The notes under the pieces were generated by a model that saw only the letters and a list, made by a program, of their open reading frames with translations, had not been told where the DNA came from and ran no database searches. Positions 34,872 to 48,930 of a stretch of DNA of 64,000 bases are shown here, piece after piece. The position numbers and the translations under genes are program-made. Source of the DNA: Haliotis rubra (Eukaryota); NCBI RefSeq assembly GCF_003918875.1, contig NW_025767511.1, forward strand, positions 186,001 to 250,000, read 5' to 3'. Positions within the stretch are counted from its first letter, which is position 1, and each line of letters begins with the position of its first letter.

Positions 34872-37800
34872 GTGGAGGGGGTTCCAATAGAATAGAAAAT
34901 TAAAATGTTTGTATTAAACAGCAAGAAGGTCAAATGTTTCATAAATTGCTTCAGAAATACCTCAGAAAAGGAAATGCTTTTTTCATATGAGATATTGAGT
35001 GAATGGATGACCCAGATATCCAAAAAGCAACAATCCCAACAATTTGCTATGCAGAGTTATGTCCCCTAGGTGTGGTATATTCTACAATGGATACTTCTAG
35101 TCCCATATTCCCCAAGACTGTGATTTTGGACGACTCTGCAGTCAGGATCTGTGATTAGTTAGTCTGAATGTCAGTTGGAATCAGACTTGCTGGATGCCGA
35201 GGTTTGTTTTTCCCCTGGTCAGTTGGAATCAGACTTGCTCCCCTGGATGCCGAGCTAAATGTTTCCTGTTTTTTCAGGCAGCACGCTTTTTCATAAAACA
35301 CTATATATACCGTTTGATATAAAGTGAACGTTGTGCGAGAATTGCGCTCGCGTGGTCCTGGATCTACGTACGGCTATAAACTTACACAGAAATGTAGAAT
35401 ATTAAATTTCCTATCCGTTGGTATTAATATAAGTGCAACCATCTCGGCGGTTTGAGAAACAGACCTTTCTAAATGTTGTCCAAGTTTTTGTTATGCGTTA
35501 AAAAAGAGCAAATTTCTCCGCTTTTTATCGCGCACTGATAAAAACACTATGCTACGAATTTTTTAATTTGGCATCTTTGTTTATGATTATGTAGCTCTTT
35601 CTCTTCATAAGTATGCAATGAAAGATGCAAAAAGATAGCTTTTTATATATGGATCTAGTACGTACTATATATAAGAATATGGATGTAAGATTTGTCCAAA
35701 TTAAGACATGACATGGTTTATATATTTTTAAACAATTTTCGTATAAATATAGCTAGAGTTTGATATCCTGTCATCACAATATCTTTTAATCAAATATGAA
35801 TTGATTATATTATCGAAAACAATGATAGTGAATCATAAAACGTTTCCGACAAACCCGCACATGGCCAATCAATATACATAATTGTTTTATCTATAAAACG
35901 ACACACAAATTAAATATGCAATGAACAAGACTATTCCTTTAGATATGTGTGCATATACATTTCATACCATATATAAATCATTTTCATTAAATATTATCAA
36001 TTTTACTTATAAGGTTGAATTAAATCGCCGTTCATTAACCTGTTCATATGAAACTGCAATATTAGTCCAAATGCATTGAATATTGTACATCATAGGAACT
36101 AAAGTAGTTGCAGTTATGGCTACGTTTGATCTTGGGATTTTAAGGGTCATACTTCAAAACAACTTACTTACCGTTGTTTTGTGGAGAGGACGATCAACAT
36201 TTTACTCCCGCTTCTTCAAATCCAAAATGGTGGACAGCAGTAGTTTTAAGGGAGACAACTGTGTGTGTCTTGGACACACATTCCGGATGACTTAGCATAA
36301 CATCACTGCCACAGGCTAATTTGCATATCACGTGACCGGACATTTCTCTTGTTTGTAAACAAACGCGCATATTCATAATAAGAAGAGACTGGCCTTTCGC
36401 AAGCTTTTCAGCGCGCTCTTCACAATGTTTTACATTGTTACATGTATATTCTTCCACAACTGCGACAGTAAGGTTTATGACAGTACATATTTAGATATCA
36501 AACTGACTGCATCGTTTGCTCTCCATCAGCTTCGATGACAGCACGTGGAGCCGTACAACCTATGTAAACAAAGGATCGCTACGCAAATCGAAACAGTGTT
36601 ACATGTTTTAGGATATTTTCTCAGTGAAACTAAACCATTCTATCAAAGATGTTTAGTTAGTTGTGTAGACTCGTCAAAAATAAAAGAGTTAAGAAATATT
36701 TAGATTATATTGAATGGACGGTGCAAGATGTGACGAATCGTCACATTTTTCTGGCCTGTGGCAGAGGTACTATGCTGGCTTGCCGCATGGAACTCTGGGT
36801 AGGATAGTGTCTTGCACACATTCGTGACGCCTCGTGTTATTCCGGGACAAGCCGAATACCGACTCATGTCTTCTTGGAGTGAGTGAGTTTAGTTTTACGC
36901 CGCACTCAGCAATATTCCAGCTATACGGAGGCGGTTTGTAAATCACCCAGTCTGCACCAGACAATCCAGTGATCAACAGCATGAGCTCGCTCGTGGCTCG
37001 CTTTCGCTCTTTAAATACGTTTTGAAACAACTCGTTGTAAGATAAATGATATCTGACAGACACGAGTACAGTAATCTGTTTCTTACACACCATAAAATCG
37101 CACCATTTTATGGTCGAATAGATTCAAATTTCATATTTTCTCATCGTAGCTGCGCAATAATACACAACACAACTTTTATGAATGAGTGACGTCACTTGGC
37201 TTCCTAATCACTACTCATCCCCAAGGTGACCCTCCACAAAAAAGTTTCTGCCACATCTTCGCGTCATCAAGGCAATAGTGATAATGCAAAGTAGATAAAA
37301 TCACAGAAAATTACTTAAACACTCTAAAATGTTGATGTTACCATGTAAATGTGGACAATTTTAATTCTTGCAAGCAAAAATATTTGAGCGTGTGACATCA
37401 TCGTCATCGTTTGGTAGTTGTCGTCATCGGAAGATTGTTGTGGATATCTCTGCACATTGGGGATCTGTACTTGTGTACCAGTTAACGTTCAATATTCTCC
37501 CGTCGACCGGAGCCAAAACGTTTGAGTGTGTGTAATTAGGTGCACCCAGTGTGCTTGAATTAGGAGATAAACATCATGTGTTGGCCAATTTCCGGGTGTT
37601 ATTGAGTATTTGAAGCACGGGAATTCATTTGGAACCGACGGCGTCAGCCAACGCGTTCGGTTTTAAATTACATTTAGCGGTCTTAAATCAACGATAAAGG
37701 ACCGCAAAATTAAAATCAGAGTAGCTTTATCTTCTAAATACATGGTGGTAGAGCGAACTGTATTTCTTAAGTACCTGCACCAAGTGCAACCTGGCTTATA

Positions 37801-38236
37801 GGTCTGGCGGCACCATCAAAATTTTGGTTGCACCATCAAATAATGTCACTGCTTCTAAAAGGTAGCATAAATATTTGTTTAGCATTTTTCATAACAAGTC
37901 CTCAGTATCAGATACATTCAACAGAACCTGACCCCATGATGATTAACGATTCTGTTTTAATTTTGCATTCCCTCAATTATATGATTACTTTTATACGTAA
38001 CTGATTTATGAGTACACAAGGGGGGCACCGGAAATTGGTTTCACGCATTTACCCATGTGGGGATTCGAACCCGGGTCTTCGGCGTGACGAGCGAACGCTT
38101 TGACCACTAGGCTACCCCACGCCCCTTGATTGCCTTGAAGCAGTACCAAGAACACATAAACAGAAATTATATCATATTCTTGGGACAAAGCTAAGTTCAT
38201 TTCTACAATTCCACGACATAACACCACCGTCTAACA

Positions 38237-38368
38237 TATACTGGACAAAAATAGTTAGGGATATATGTAAATTTGAAATTATGAATAATGATCTATTTAT
38301 TCCTTGACACACTAATAAAATATAAATCATAAATATACCAATATCCCTAACTTAATTTGCCCAGTATA
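38237..38368. mobile_element. ~130-bp Tc1/mariner-like MITE
   Basis: TIR tatactggacaaaaatagttagggatat/atatccctaacttaatttgcccagtata. Confidence 0.78.
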
Positions 38369-38804
38369 TATTTTTCCACGACATGAATTAATGTGCGCAG
38401 CATACAAACATAGAAATAACATGACCACGTGATCATTTATCTGCCCGAGATGTGTCAACGAACCGTCGTTCTGTCAAGGTGTTATGCAAGTTAATGACAT
38501 GTGTCCAGGCATGTGACAAAAACCGATAGATTTGCGTCATGGAATGTCCGAACTTTGACCCTTCCTACCAAGATAACTTTCACTGTCATTTCGTAACACG
38601 ACAAGAGACTTGAAGACAACGAAATGAATGACAAGCTGCGCTTTGAAAAACACACGAGTACACATTAACTCGAAGGTCTCCGAACTCATTCGGATTCACT
38701 CGGGTCGTTCCGGAACAACCCGAATATATAGGCGATTTGTAACGAATGCTCTGTGCCTGGCCCCTCGAAAAGTTGCGAGTCGATATAATATCAGAACCAT
38801 TACG

Positions 38805-39950
38805 GATTTTACGCCGCTTTTAGCAATATTCCAGCAATATCACGGCGGGGGAAGTAGAAATGGGTTTCACACATTGTACCCATGTGGGGACTCGAACCCG
38901 GGTTTCGGTGTGACGAGCGATCGCTTTAACCATAAGGCTAGCCCACCGCCCCTACCAATTTCATAAGTAACATTAAGGTATCATATATTGTATTACATTT
39001 GTATTACCCCACCACCCCCACACAGGGCGTAAAATACCTTATTTTGGAGCTTAGCACATGCCCATAGTGAGACTCGAACCCGGCGACGCGTTGACTACTG
39101 TGCTACTCACTATCGTTAAAGATACAAATCCATGTTTACAAGATTGCTCTGATTGGTTGTTGTTTTACGCCGCACACCGAGGTATGAAAATGACAGACAA
39201 TCCAGCGATTGACATCATGAGCATCGTTGTACGCAATTGGGATACGATGACATGTGACAAACAAGTCAGCGAGCCTGGCCACCCGATCCCGTTAGTCGCC
39301 TCTTACGACAAGCATGGGTTGCTGAAGACCAATTCTAACCCGGATCTTCACGGGTTGTATAAATACTGACTTGACTGACTGACTGAGTATGGTTTTACGC
39401 CGTTTTTAGCAATATTCCAGCAATATCACGGCGGGGGACACCAGAAATGGGCTTCACAAATTGTACCCATGTGGGGAATCGAACCCGGGCCTTCGGCGTG
39501 ATGAGCCAACGCTTTAACCACTAGACTACCCCACCGCCCCTATTGACTTGACATTGATGAAGATGCCATCACATTTTAATACACGAACAACATTGCTGAA
39601 GATAATTTTAACCCGGATCTTCAAGGGGCAACACTTTCGGGACATTGAATAGTTCGTAATTCCAGAATGTAATACATTTTTCATTAAGGGGCAGGACAAT
39701 AAACTATAGTGAGTGAGTGAGTTTAGTTTTACGCCGCACTCAGCAATATTCCAGCTATATGGCGGCGGTCTTTAAGTGATCGAGTATGGACCAGACAATC
39801 CAGTGATCAACATCATGAACATCGATCTACGTAATTGGGATACGATGACGTGTCAACCAAGTCAGCGAGCCTGACCACCCGATCCAGTTAGTCGTCTCTT
39901 ACGACAAGCATGGGTTACTGAAGACCAGTTCTAACCCGGATCTTCACAGG
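38805..39950 (-). mobile_element. Cluster of minus-strand SINEs: A (38805-38953, 39380-39540) and B (39150-39355, 39708-39950)
   Basis: Near-consensus reverse-complement copies. Confidence 0.87.
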
Positions 39951-40690
39951 TACAATAAACTATAAAATATTCAGTTAGCTGCCCCTTACAACAAACTCGG
40001 GTCGCTGTAGACCAATTATAACCCAGACGTTTATTTCCACAGATTGAGACGGTTACAGACAGCAGACAAACAAGTTTAAAGTTCATTAAGAACATGCGTA
40101 TAATTCGCACCACTCTGTACATCACTCCATGTTAACATGCACCACTAACCTGAATCTCATAGCTTGCTCCTCGTTTAATTGAGGCTGACTCATCCTACCT
40201 CGGCTGTTTCCGTAGAGGACAATTACATGTCGGAATTGCCCGAGTCTTAGCTACACACGAGTTTGGCAGCCTTGAAAGTGTTTGTGTTAACGGGTGAAAC
40301 ATAGACCATAAAAGTTAATTCTCTGGTGAATAAAGATATTAGATCTTAATAAATTTACATTTAAAATTTAATGTGAACCTCTTGTTGAAAAATATTTTAT
40401 TTTCTAACGATCATGTCGGTTTCGAATTGTCTCTGTATGCACATATATGCAAATTTAGGGGATTCTCATGACAACTTATGCACCAAGGGAGATATTTGTT
40501 GCAGAAGACGATGAATAAAGATAACATGGTATTGTAATATCTTCACGGTGGTGATAAATGCTGATAGGAAAGAAGTGTAAATTTCACGCAACTGATTACA
40601 CGGTGCACCGTCTTGTTTCCCATGGTCAGTGAGTGAATATTGCTTTAAGCCGTTATTCGTGACTTAAATTTATTTTAAATTGTTTCATAA

Positions 40691-41019
40691 GGGACTGTAC
40701 ATAATTTATGGCTTGGGGTGGGGGTGGTGATGTGATGATTTTTATGGAGAAGTGTGTACAATGTGAATTACTCCCCCCCAAAAAAAATTTATGTACAAAG
40801 TAAGTGACCCCACCCCGCATGTCATGTAGAAATCCATGACCCCCCCCCCCTCCCTTCCCATAATTTTAAGCATAATTTTTAAATATTTCTATGTACAAAC
40901 TTGCTGACCCCCCAAGTACATGTGTACAACATGGATGATCCCCCCTGCCTCTCCAGAACAAAATAGGTGATCCCCCCTAAAAATCATCACCCCCCTAGCC
41001 ATAAATTATGAATGGGCCT
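40691..41019. mobile_element. PIF/Harbinger-like MITE
   Basis: TAA|gggactgtacataatttatggct ... agccataaattatgaatgggcct|TAA, with internal tgacccccc repeats. Confidence 0.72.
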
Positions 41020-41891
41020 TAAGGATGTAGAAAATCATAGACTCCAGACACTGACACCTCATTATACCGGACGCTTCGTCATCCGGACAAGGATGGATGC
41101 GTTATTTTCGAACTTCAATGTTAATTTTTTAATACACAGTGTCTTTTAGAGAGTGGTCAGATGTATCATATGTCGGTAAAGTACAGATTCATATACTCTT
41201 GGGGGATTGAATCTCATCAGCATACGAACCCATACCCTCAGAGTCAGGCAAGTAATCGCCAGCAAACAAAGTCAGCCATCTAACCCACTCAGCCACCGCC
41301 GCTTCCACCAAAATGGATGTCGGTCGACTGGTAGTCTAGATCACAGACTTTGTGCATCCCTCTGACAAGTGTAAATCGGCACAGACATGTAAACTTTTAC
41401 TTTTGTGGAGGCGGGAGGTCCTGGGGGTGTTAGATTGCATGGCTCCGTGTGCTTTCGATTTGGTGCTTGATAAGGGGTGTGGTGAATCGCAGTCCTGCAA
41501 GTCAAACTGGAGTGAGTGAGTGAATGAGTGAGTCTGAGTGTGCGTGAGAGTGTACGTGAGAGTGAGAGTGAGTGAGTGCTAAAATAACCCGCCTATTTAA
41601 ATCACAGGTGAGTGAGTGAGAGAGGTAGTGCGTGCGTGGGTGGGCGTGCAAGCGAGCGGTGGAGGTGGATGTGCGGTGACTCGAAGTATGTGCAGGTAGT
41701 AAATTATTTATGTTCATGTTAATACTCCCTCTTTTCTTGCATTCCACAAATCACGTCAAACTACCCACCCATACAGCAGGTTTTTTTATAAACAGAAGCG
41801 TTTGTAACTCGATTCAGTTTCAAGCATATCTTCTTGTAATTTGAATCGGAATTTATCGTTGTGGTATTTCAACAAGTATTTCGTGGATGGC

Positions 41892-42031
41892 NNNNNNNNN
41901 NNNNNNNNNNNNNNNNNNNNNNNNNNNNNNNNNNNNNNNNNNNNNNNNNNNNNNNNNNNNNNNNNNNNNNNNNNNNNNNNNNNNNNNNNNNNNNNNNNNN
42001 NNNNNNNNNNNNNNNNNNNNNNNNNNNNNNN
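41892..42031. other. Assembly gap (140 N)
   Basis: Run of N. Confidence 1.
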
Positions 42032-42126
42032 CCACCGTTGTTAACATCCTTTTTTCAGTGTGCAAGTTTGGATGATGTTGCTGCTACTGCTGTTCTCTCC
42101 ATAATCAATCAATGGACTGTCTGGGG

Positions 42127-42293
42127 GTGGGGGTGGGGAAGCCTACTGGTTAAAGCTTTCGCCCGTCACGCCGAAAACCCGGGTTCGATTCCCCACATGG
42201 GCACAATGTGTGACACCCATTTCTGGTGCCCCCCGCCGTGATATTTCTGGAATATTGCTAAAAGCGGCGTAAAACTAAACTCACTCACTCACT
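42127..42293 (+). mobile_element. SINE family A (further copies 44169-44300 +, 45678-45840 +, 46945-47110 +, 51083-51243 +, 51430-51596 -, 51697-51868 +, 55942-56270 +)
   Basis: tRNA-like head ggttaaagcgttcgctcgtcacgccgaagacccgggttcgattcccc and (actc)n tail. Confidence 0.88.
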
Positions 42294-42639
42294 GGATTGT
42301 CTGGTCCAGACTCGATTATATACAAATCGCCGTAATATTGCTTAGTGTTGCGTGAAACAATAAACAAGAACAGACGCTAAGTGCAGCGCTGAACAACAGA
42401 TTTTTATTGCTATTATTATAAAAAGAATTTGTCGTTTAATGTTATTATTATAATTATTATAACTAAAGTCACAAGTGCGTGTTCTGTAACATCTAGCTCA
42501 ATTCCATCCCTTCAAAAGGTGTTGTTTCAAATCCCTCGGTCACCATAAACATCACAACATCATCAGCGAATCGATAATGTCCCAATAGTAATTCTTAACA
42601 TAGCAGCATTTATGAATATAAACCCGTCCCTTAGGAAGC

Positions 42640-42853
42640 TGCGTTGCCTATTTAATATCCCTTTGCTCGAGAGAACCCGATATAGTCAACAAGCAACGAA
42701 CGCTGGTCGCAGAAAACGATCCAGCCGACGACACAAGCTCGACGGAAGATCGGTGAGGTCCCACTCCCGGGTAACGAGCAGACAGGTAACCCACATTCTT
42801 GTCACCAGAGGGCGCTCGGCTCATTAACAGGTGTGCAGCAAACACAGGTAAGA
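42640..42853 (+). promoter_or_regulatory. Candidate promoter and non-coding first exon with splice donor CAG|GTAAG at 42847/42848
   Basis: CpG-rich, SINE-free stretch with a TATTTAA element near 42649 and a strong donor consensus. Confidence 0.35.
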
Positions 42854-45800
42854 TGATTTCCGCGTCAAGCGTTCGTCTATACGATAAGCGTTTCTGTGCA
42901 GATAAATCAGATGTCTATTGCAATCAGTTCGACTTCAAGGGCAGTGTTTGATTGACATGTGCCAAGCTGCAAGTGATCACAGCCTGGCGTGTTGACTCGC
43001 GTTGTAGCGCGGTGTCGAACAGGTGAAGGGGCATTGTAGGGGATTGGTCAAGTCGGACCGGTCAGGGTCCGGGTTGGGGTTGTAAACATGCCCGTTTCAT
43101 TCACAACCCGTTTAGCAACATCGCAATTATGAAACAGGTCACGTTTTATCTATTAATTGCATGTTATCATCTGATTCCCGTCCTGTCCCGTTATAAGGTG
43201 AAAGTTTCGGCGGTGCGGGGTCCTCGTGTGGTGTTTGTAAACAATTCCCTCATTACGTAACCATTGCTCTACAGGTCACCGCGCTGTCATTGGTTACTGA
43301 TGCATTGCAACGACGTCCTAGAACAGGGTGCACGAGCATCACGTGCATCTATTACAGATCAATTTCAAACTGTGTCACATGTGCGTCGACCTTCTTTCGT
43401 CTTGAGCCCTGTCGCATTCTGAATATGCTTAGACAAGTTTCTTCGACTTATGGACCAAGCGTTACCAATTTGCGTTTCAAAGAGCAACTATGCGTGTCAG
43501 TTTCACAATGGACGAAGGTGTTATTGCGTTTGAAAAGCGAGTTGTACATTTCGTGGAAATTGATATTCAACATTACAAAACGCCCCATTGAAACCACATG
43601 CCCATAAAAGCATTACGAAAGCTAACTGAAATACACCCAGTTTAACGGAAAATGCTTATACGCAGTTGACTATGTAACCGAACACCTGTGCTGGCACTGA
43701 TCGATACGGGCATTATTGCATGTGCTCTGACACACGTCAATTTCACCTTCCGACTGCTGTGCGGATTTCACTGTAATCGGGAACATGTGCAATTGACATC
43801 TGTTATGACTGACATGTACTTTTGTCATTTTAACCTTTGGCCCTCGCTGCGTGTCATTCACTACAATCTAAGTAATTGAGTCGGGGCCAGACAATTCAGT
43901 GACTGACATGAGCATCGATCTACGTTTGTTGGTTGGTTGGGTTGCTGTTTAACGCCGCACTCAATGCGGCGTCTTTTTGCCAATTTTGCCAAATAAATGT
44001 GCATATCACAATACGTTACCGGATCTGCGCGAGTGTTATTGTCAAGGTTTACCCATTATTCTTATATTTACGGACACTTTTATTAAGATCCTGAACCGTC
44101 TGTTGAGGGGGTGCTGTTTATTTCACTAATCAAATTACGCACTGTACTTCAGGGTACATAACAAGATCGGGGGCCGTGGGGTAGCCTAATGGTTGGAGCA
44201 TCCGCTTGTCACGCTGAAGACCCGGGTTCGATTCCCCACATGGTGTTAAAGCTCATTTCTGGTGTCCCTAGCCGTGATATTGCTGGAATATTGCTAAAAG
44301 ATCACTTGATTGTCTGGTCCAGACTCGATTATTTACAGACCGCCGTCATATAGCTGGAATATTGCTGAGCGCGGCGTAAAACAACAAACCAACCAACTTT
44401 TAACAAACCGCATGTGTGTAAACACGCCGTCTTCGTTTCCTCAGTTCAAACAGTATTTTAACGTGCATTGCATTTCGGCGAGACTTTGTTCATCATTATA
44501 CGTCATCATCAAACAATTATAGGTTGCAGAAACGGCGACTCTACATACAAATATAACCCGTTGATGCCACACCCATTTGACCAGTTGATGCGGATGAACG
44601 AAGCTTCAAACTAATCCAAATACATTTAAAATGTACGCAAAGAGTTTATATACTCAGCAAATTTAAAAACACGCCCTTTTACGTAAACGCAAAACAAATC
44701 ATCAGAAAGAGCCGATTGTATTCACAGGGAAGCTCATTTGATAGTGAGCGGAATAAGCCGAGCTAAACCGAGCGGATCCGATAGGATCCGAGTGTACGTG
44801 AAGAAGGTGTCACTTAATCCGTGACACCAAGCAAACGTTAGATGAATGGATATGCCAGTGAAAGTCTAAAGCGGCATAGATCATACCAGCTGGTTTGGTA
44901 TGAATTATTAAGAAAAACATAACCCTTATATACAAGTCTGCTGTGAATAGAACGAAAAACAGGACTGAACGGAGGCTCTTTAAAACTCCACATGTCTTTC
45001 TATTACATTATGGCAACGCTCCAAAGAGGACAATAACATGTATCCCAAATAACCTCGTTATAACGAACATACACCCATATATTATAGTGATTACTTTTGC
45101 GTAATAATGAGGTAGCGGCTCGTGATAATTTAAAAGCTAGAAAAAGCGGGTTTTTTATGTTACATATTTGTGTAGTTTTTTTATGTATTGAGTGTGCTTA
45201 CCATTTTTTATGGAACATATTGGTTGTCGCTTAAAGATCGTCACTGTATATGTTATGCATTGATCAGCTTGATTGCATATGTCAAAACATTCTTTTCAAA
45301 AATAATCGCTTAGTTAGTCACTGTCTTAGGTTTTGTAAAAGAAACTAGTATAATTAGTATATGTTCTTAATTTGAAACAATTTTAGATCAAAATGTTATT
45401 ACAAGTTTAAATAATACTTGATGATGGCTAAAAACGTTTGACTATTTTCGGTTGGATAAATACATATTTATTTATTTTCAAACGTGCATATAATTAAACA
45501 TATTTTATCAGAGGAAGTACGGTAGTCGTAGCGTTACGATCGCTTGTGGTCAGTTACGCAACGGGACCTTGCATTGCGATTGTCGTTTACGGAGCGATCG
45601 TAGCATTGCGATGATCGTAACTCCCATACTTTAACATACTCCCATACTTTAAAATAGGACCATTTGTTGGGGTAAATGGGGCGGTGGGGTAGCCTAGTGG
45701 TTAAAGCGTTGGCTCGTCACGCCGATGACACGGGATCGGATCCACACATGGGTACAATGCGTGAAGCTCATTTCTGGTGTCCCCCGCCGTGATATTGCTG

Positions 45801-47719
45801 GATTATTGCTAAAAGCGGCGTAAAACCCAACTCACTCATTCAAAGTTGCGGTTAGGTAACGTAAGTCTCGGCATTAACGACGCTGTGTTGTCCCGACCCC
45901 CATGCAGATTTAACCCTCTGTGGCAAAGTGCCAGTATTGGGCCTCACACGAACAGTGGATAACTCGATATCTTAATTAATAGATCGCAGGACATCGAGAC
46001 AGCAAACTTTCCCTTAAATACAGTAGAATTTGTACAAACTGAAATGCTCTCTGACAAACTTGAATGGATACCTAAGAATACCCATCACATCTTTTTAACA
46101 GTTTTATGTTTCAAATAACCGGCGGATATACATGTAGGCTACACTGGAAATGAAGTCAATACAAGTCTAAGCTTTGAACTAGGTTAAGAGCTGACCGTGT
46201 GTGAAAAACCCCGATATTACTGTACACCGAATTGTATACAGAAACATCGACCGGTCTCATTCGACACTTGTAATGTCACTTTTTTAAACCTGCGCTGTAT
46301 CGGAGCGCATTGATCAGCGCTAATGCAGCATGATGCAAGAGAACAATCCCCTGAAAAGAAGACCACTCAAGCGTACGTTCCCTCTCTGCATATCGATTTA
46401 CAAGTGTGATCGCGGTAAATGTATTGCCAGGTGTTCGTACCAGTGTTCCATTGAAACGTGCAGCGTAACTATTATCATAACGGGATACTGGATAAGAAAA
46501 AAGGTTTGGATCGATTTTTAGAGTTTGAAACGTTGACGAATGGAGACGAATTGTGAGAACACGAATATATAATCTGCGTATGACGTCATTTACGTAGGTT
46601 GAATGTGTACGGGTGTCAGGTTTAGCTGGAGACAAAATATTTCTATATTGGTATTTCTGTTTATTGAATTCTAATTTATAATAACTGCGATTATTTATGT
46701 TGAAATGGAAATTTGTTTGCAATATAGTGATGATGGTGATGACAATTCGTTTTTATCACGATTTTGTCTGGAGTTGCGTCCCTTTGACTTGCAGAATCCG
46801 CTAGTCGTAGCCCAGGTTCCATTAAATTCCTTGGTCTGTAATCAAGTTCGTAAAACTTAAGTGCGCATGGGGGCCCAGTCGTCCAAGGCACCGCAACTAC
46901 CTTGGCCACACCGGAAACCTACGCTCATGGGTTTTAATCCTGGTGGGCCGGTGGGGTAGCCTAGTGGTTAAAGCGTTCGCTCGTCACGCCGAAAACCCGG
47001 GTTCGATTCCCCACATGTGCACAACGCGTGAAGCCCTGTTCTGGTGCCCCCTGTCGGGATATTGTGGAATATTGCTAACAGCGGCGTAAAGCCAAACTCA
47101 CTCACTCACTCTAATCCTGGTACTCGTGCTCATTGTTTTCACCAAAGTGGTAAACGTCATCATCATCATCATCATCAGAGAGAAATATTTACAACATATG
47201 CATGTTGTAACGTCATGGCGTTTTTAGCGTCACGGAGGTTTCTGTATATACGTTAAAACTGGCAGTTATAACTCCCCTGTCAAGTACAGAAAACGAACTT
47301 TGGTCACGTGTTGTTGTAAGTCTTCCAGTCTTAAGATATCGCTCGATGATCTCCTTTAAATCATTCGCTCGATTCGCCGAAGGCAGGATGTTGATTCCCC
47401 CCCAAGGGCCCATGTATGTTATCCCCCACAGCGATATTGCGGAAATAACGACATTAACGGCGTCAGACTCAACTTATATATTCTAATTTCGGTTTAATGC
47501 CTTTACCGTCTAAAGCCCATTTCAAGACAGGACTGATTGCTGTAATCAGTGATTTGCGTGAAGGAGACATTTGTGGAACAATACATATTGTAAATTAGAA
47601 ACCAAATTTGCTAGACAACCACCTGTCTAAATCCCGCACTCCGGCCCACCCGGCATTACCGGCCCACCAACTCCTCGCTAGAGACATCCAACTACCGTTC
47701 CACTCACCCTCTCTAAGGA

Positions 47720-48930
47720 CCTCCCACTACCCGTCCACCCACACTCGCCAGAGACCTCCCCTACCATCTATCCACCCTCACCAGAGACCTCCCCTACCAT
47801 CTACCCCACCTCACCATAGACCTCCCACTACCATCTATCCACCCTCACCATAGACCTCCCACTACCATCCACCCATCCCTCACCAGAGACCTCCCCTACC
47901 ATCTACCCACCCTCACCATAGACCTCCACCTACCATTCACCCATCCCTCACCAGAGACCTCCCCTACCATCTACCCACCCTCATCATAAACCTCCCACTA
48001 CCACCCATTCTCCCTCGCCAGAGACCTCCCACTACCATCCACCCACCCTCACCAGAAACCTCCCACTACCATCCACCCACCCTCGCCAGAGACCTCCCAC
48101 TACCATGTACCCACCCTCACCAGAAACCTCCCACTACCATCCACCCACCCTCGCCAGAGACCTCCCACTACCATGTACCCACCCTCACCAGAGACCTTCC
48201 ACTACCATCCACCCACCCTCGCCAGAGACCTCCCACTACCATCTACCCACCCTCACCAGAGACCTCTTACTACCATCCACCCAATCACACCAGAGACCTC
48301 CCACTACCATCCACCCACCCTCACCAGAGACCTCCCACTATCATCTACCCACCCTCGCCAGAGACCTCCCACTACCATCCACCCACCCTCACCAGAGACC
48401 TCCCACTACCATCCACCAATCCCTCACCAGAGACCTCGCACTACCATCTACCCACCCTCATCAGAGACCTACCACTACCATCCACCCAATCACGCCAGAG
48501 ACCTCCCACTACCATCCACCCACCCTCACAAGAGACCTCCCACTACCGATCCACCCACCTCTAGCCAGAGACCTTCCACTACCGATCCACCCATCCCTCG
48601 CCAGAGACCTTCCACTACCGATCCAGCCATCCCCTCGCCAGAGACCTCCCACTACCATCCACCCATCCCTCACAAGACACCTCCCACTACCATCCACCCA
48701 CCCTCGCCAGAGACCTCCCACTACAATCAAACCACCCTCGCCAGAGACCTTCCACTACCGATCCACCCATCCCTCGCCAGAGACCTCCCACTACCATCCA
48801 CCCATCCTCGCCAGAGACCTCCCACTACCATCCACCCACCCTCACCAGAGACCTCCCACTACCACCCACCCACCCTCGCTGGAGACCTCCTACTACCGGT
48901 CCACCTACAATGGCAAGAGACCTAGCATTT
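47720..48930. repeat. 34-bp minisatellite, ~35 copies
   Basis: Unit ccagagacctcccactaccatccacccaccctcR. Confidence 0.96.

Noticed and set aside
35280-36720. Possible large non-autonomous DNA transposon (AT-rich, with a hairpin near 36050-36115)
   Set aside because: I could not identify matching termini or a TSD by eye.
41841-42241. ORFs containing X runs
   Set aside because: Artefacts of the N gap.
45678-45760. tRNA-like sequences with A/B boxes
   Set aside because: They are SINE heads followed by SINE body and tail, not standalone tRNA genes.
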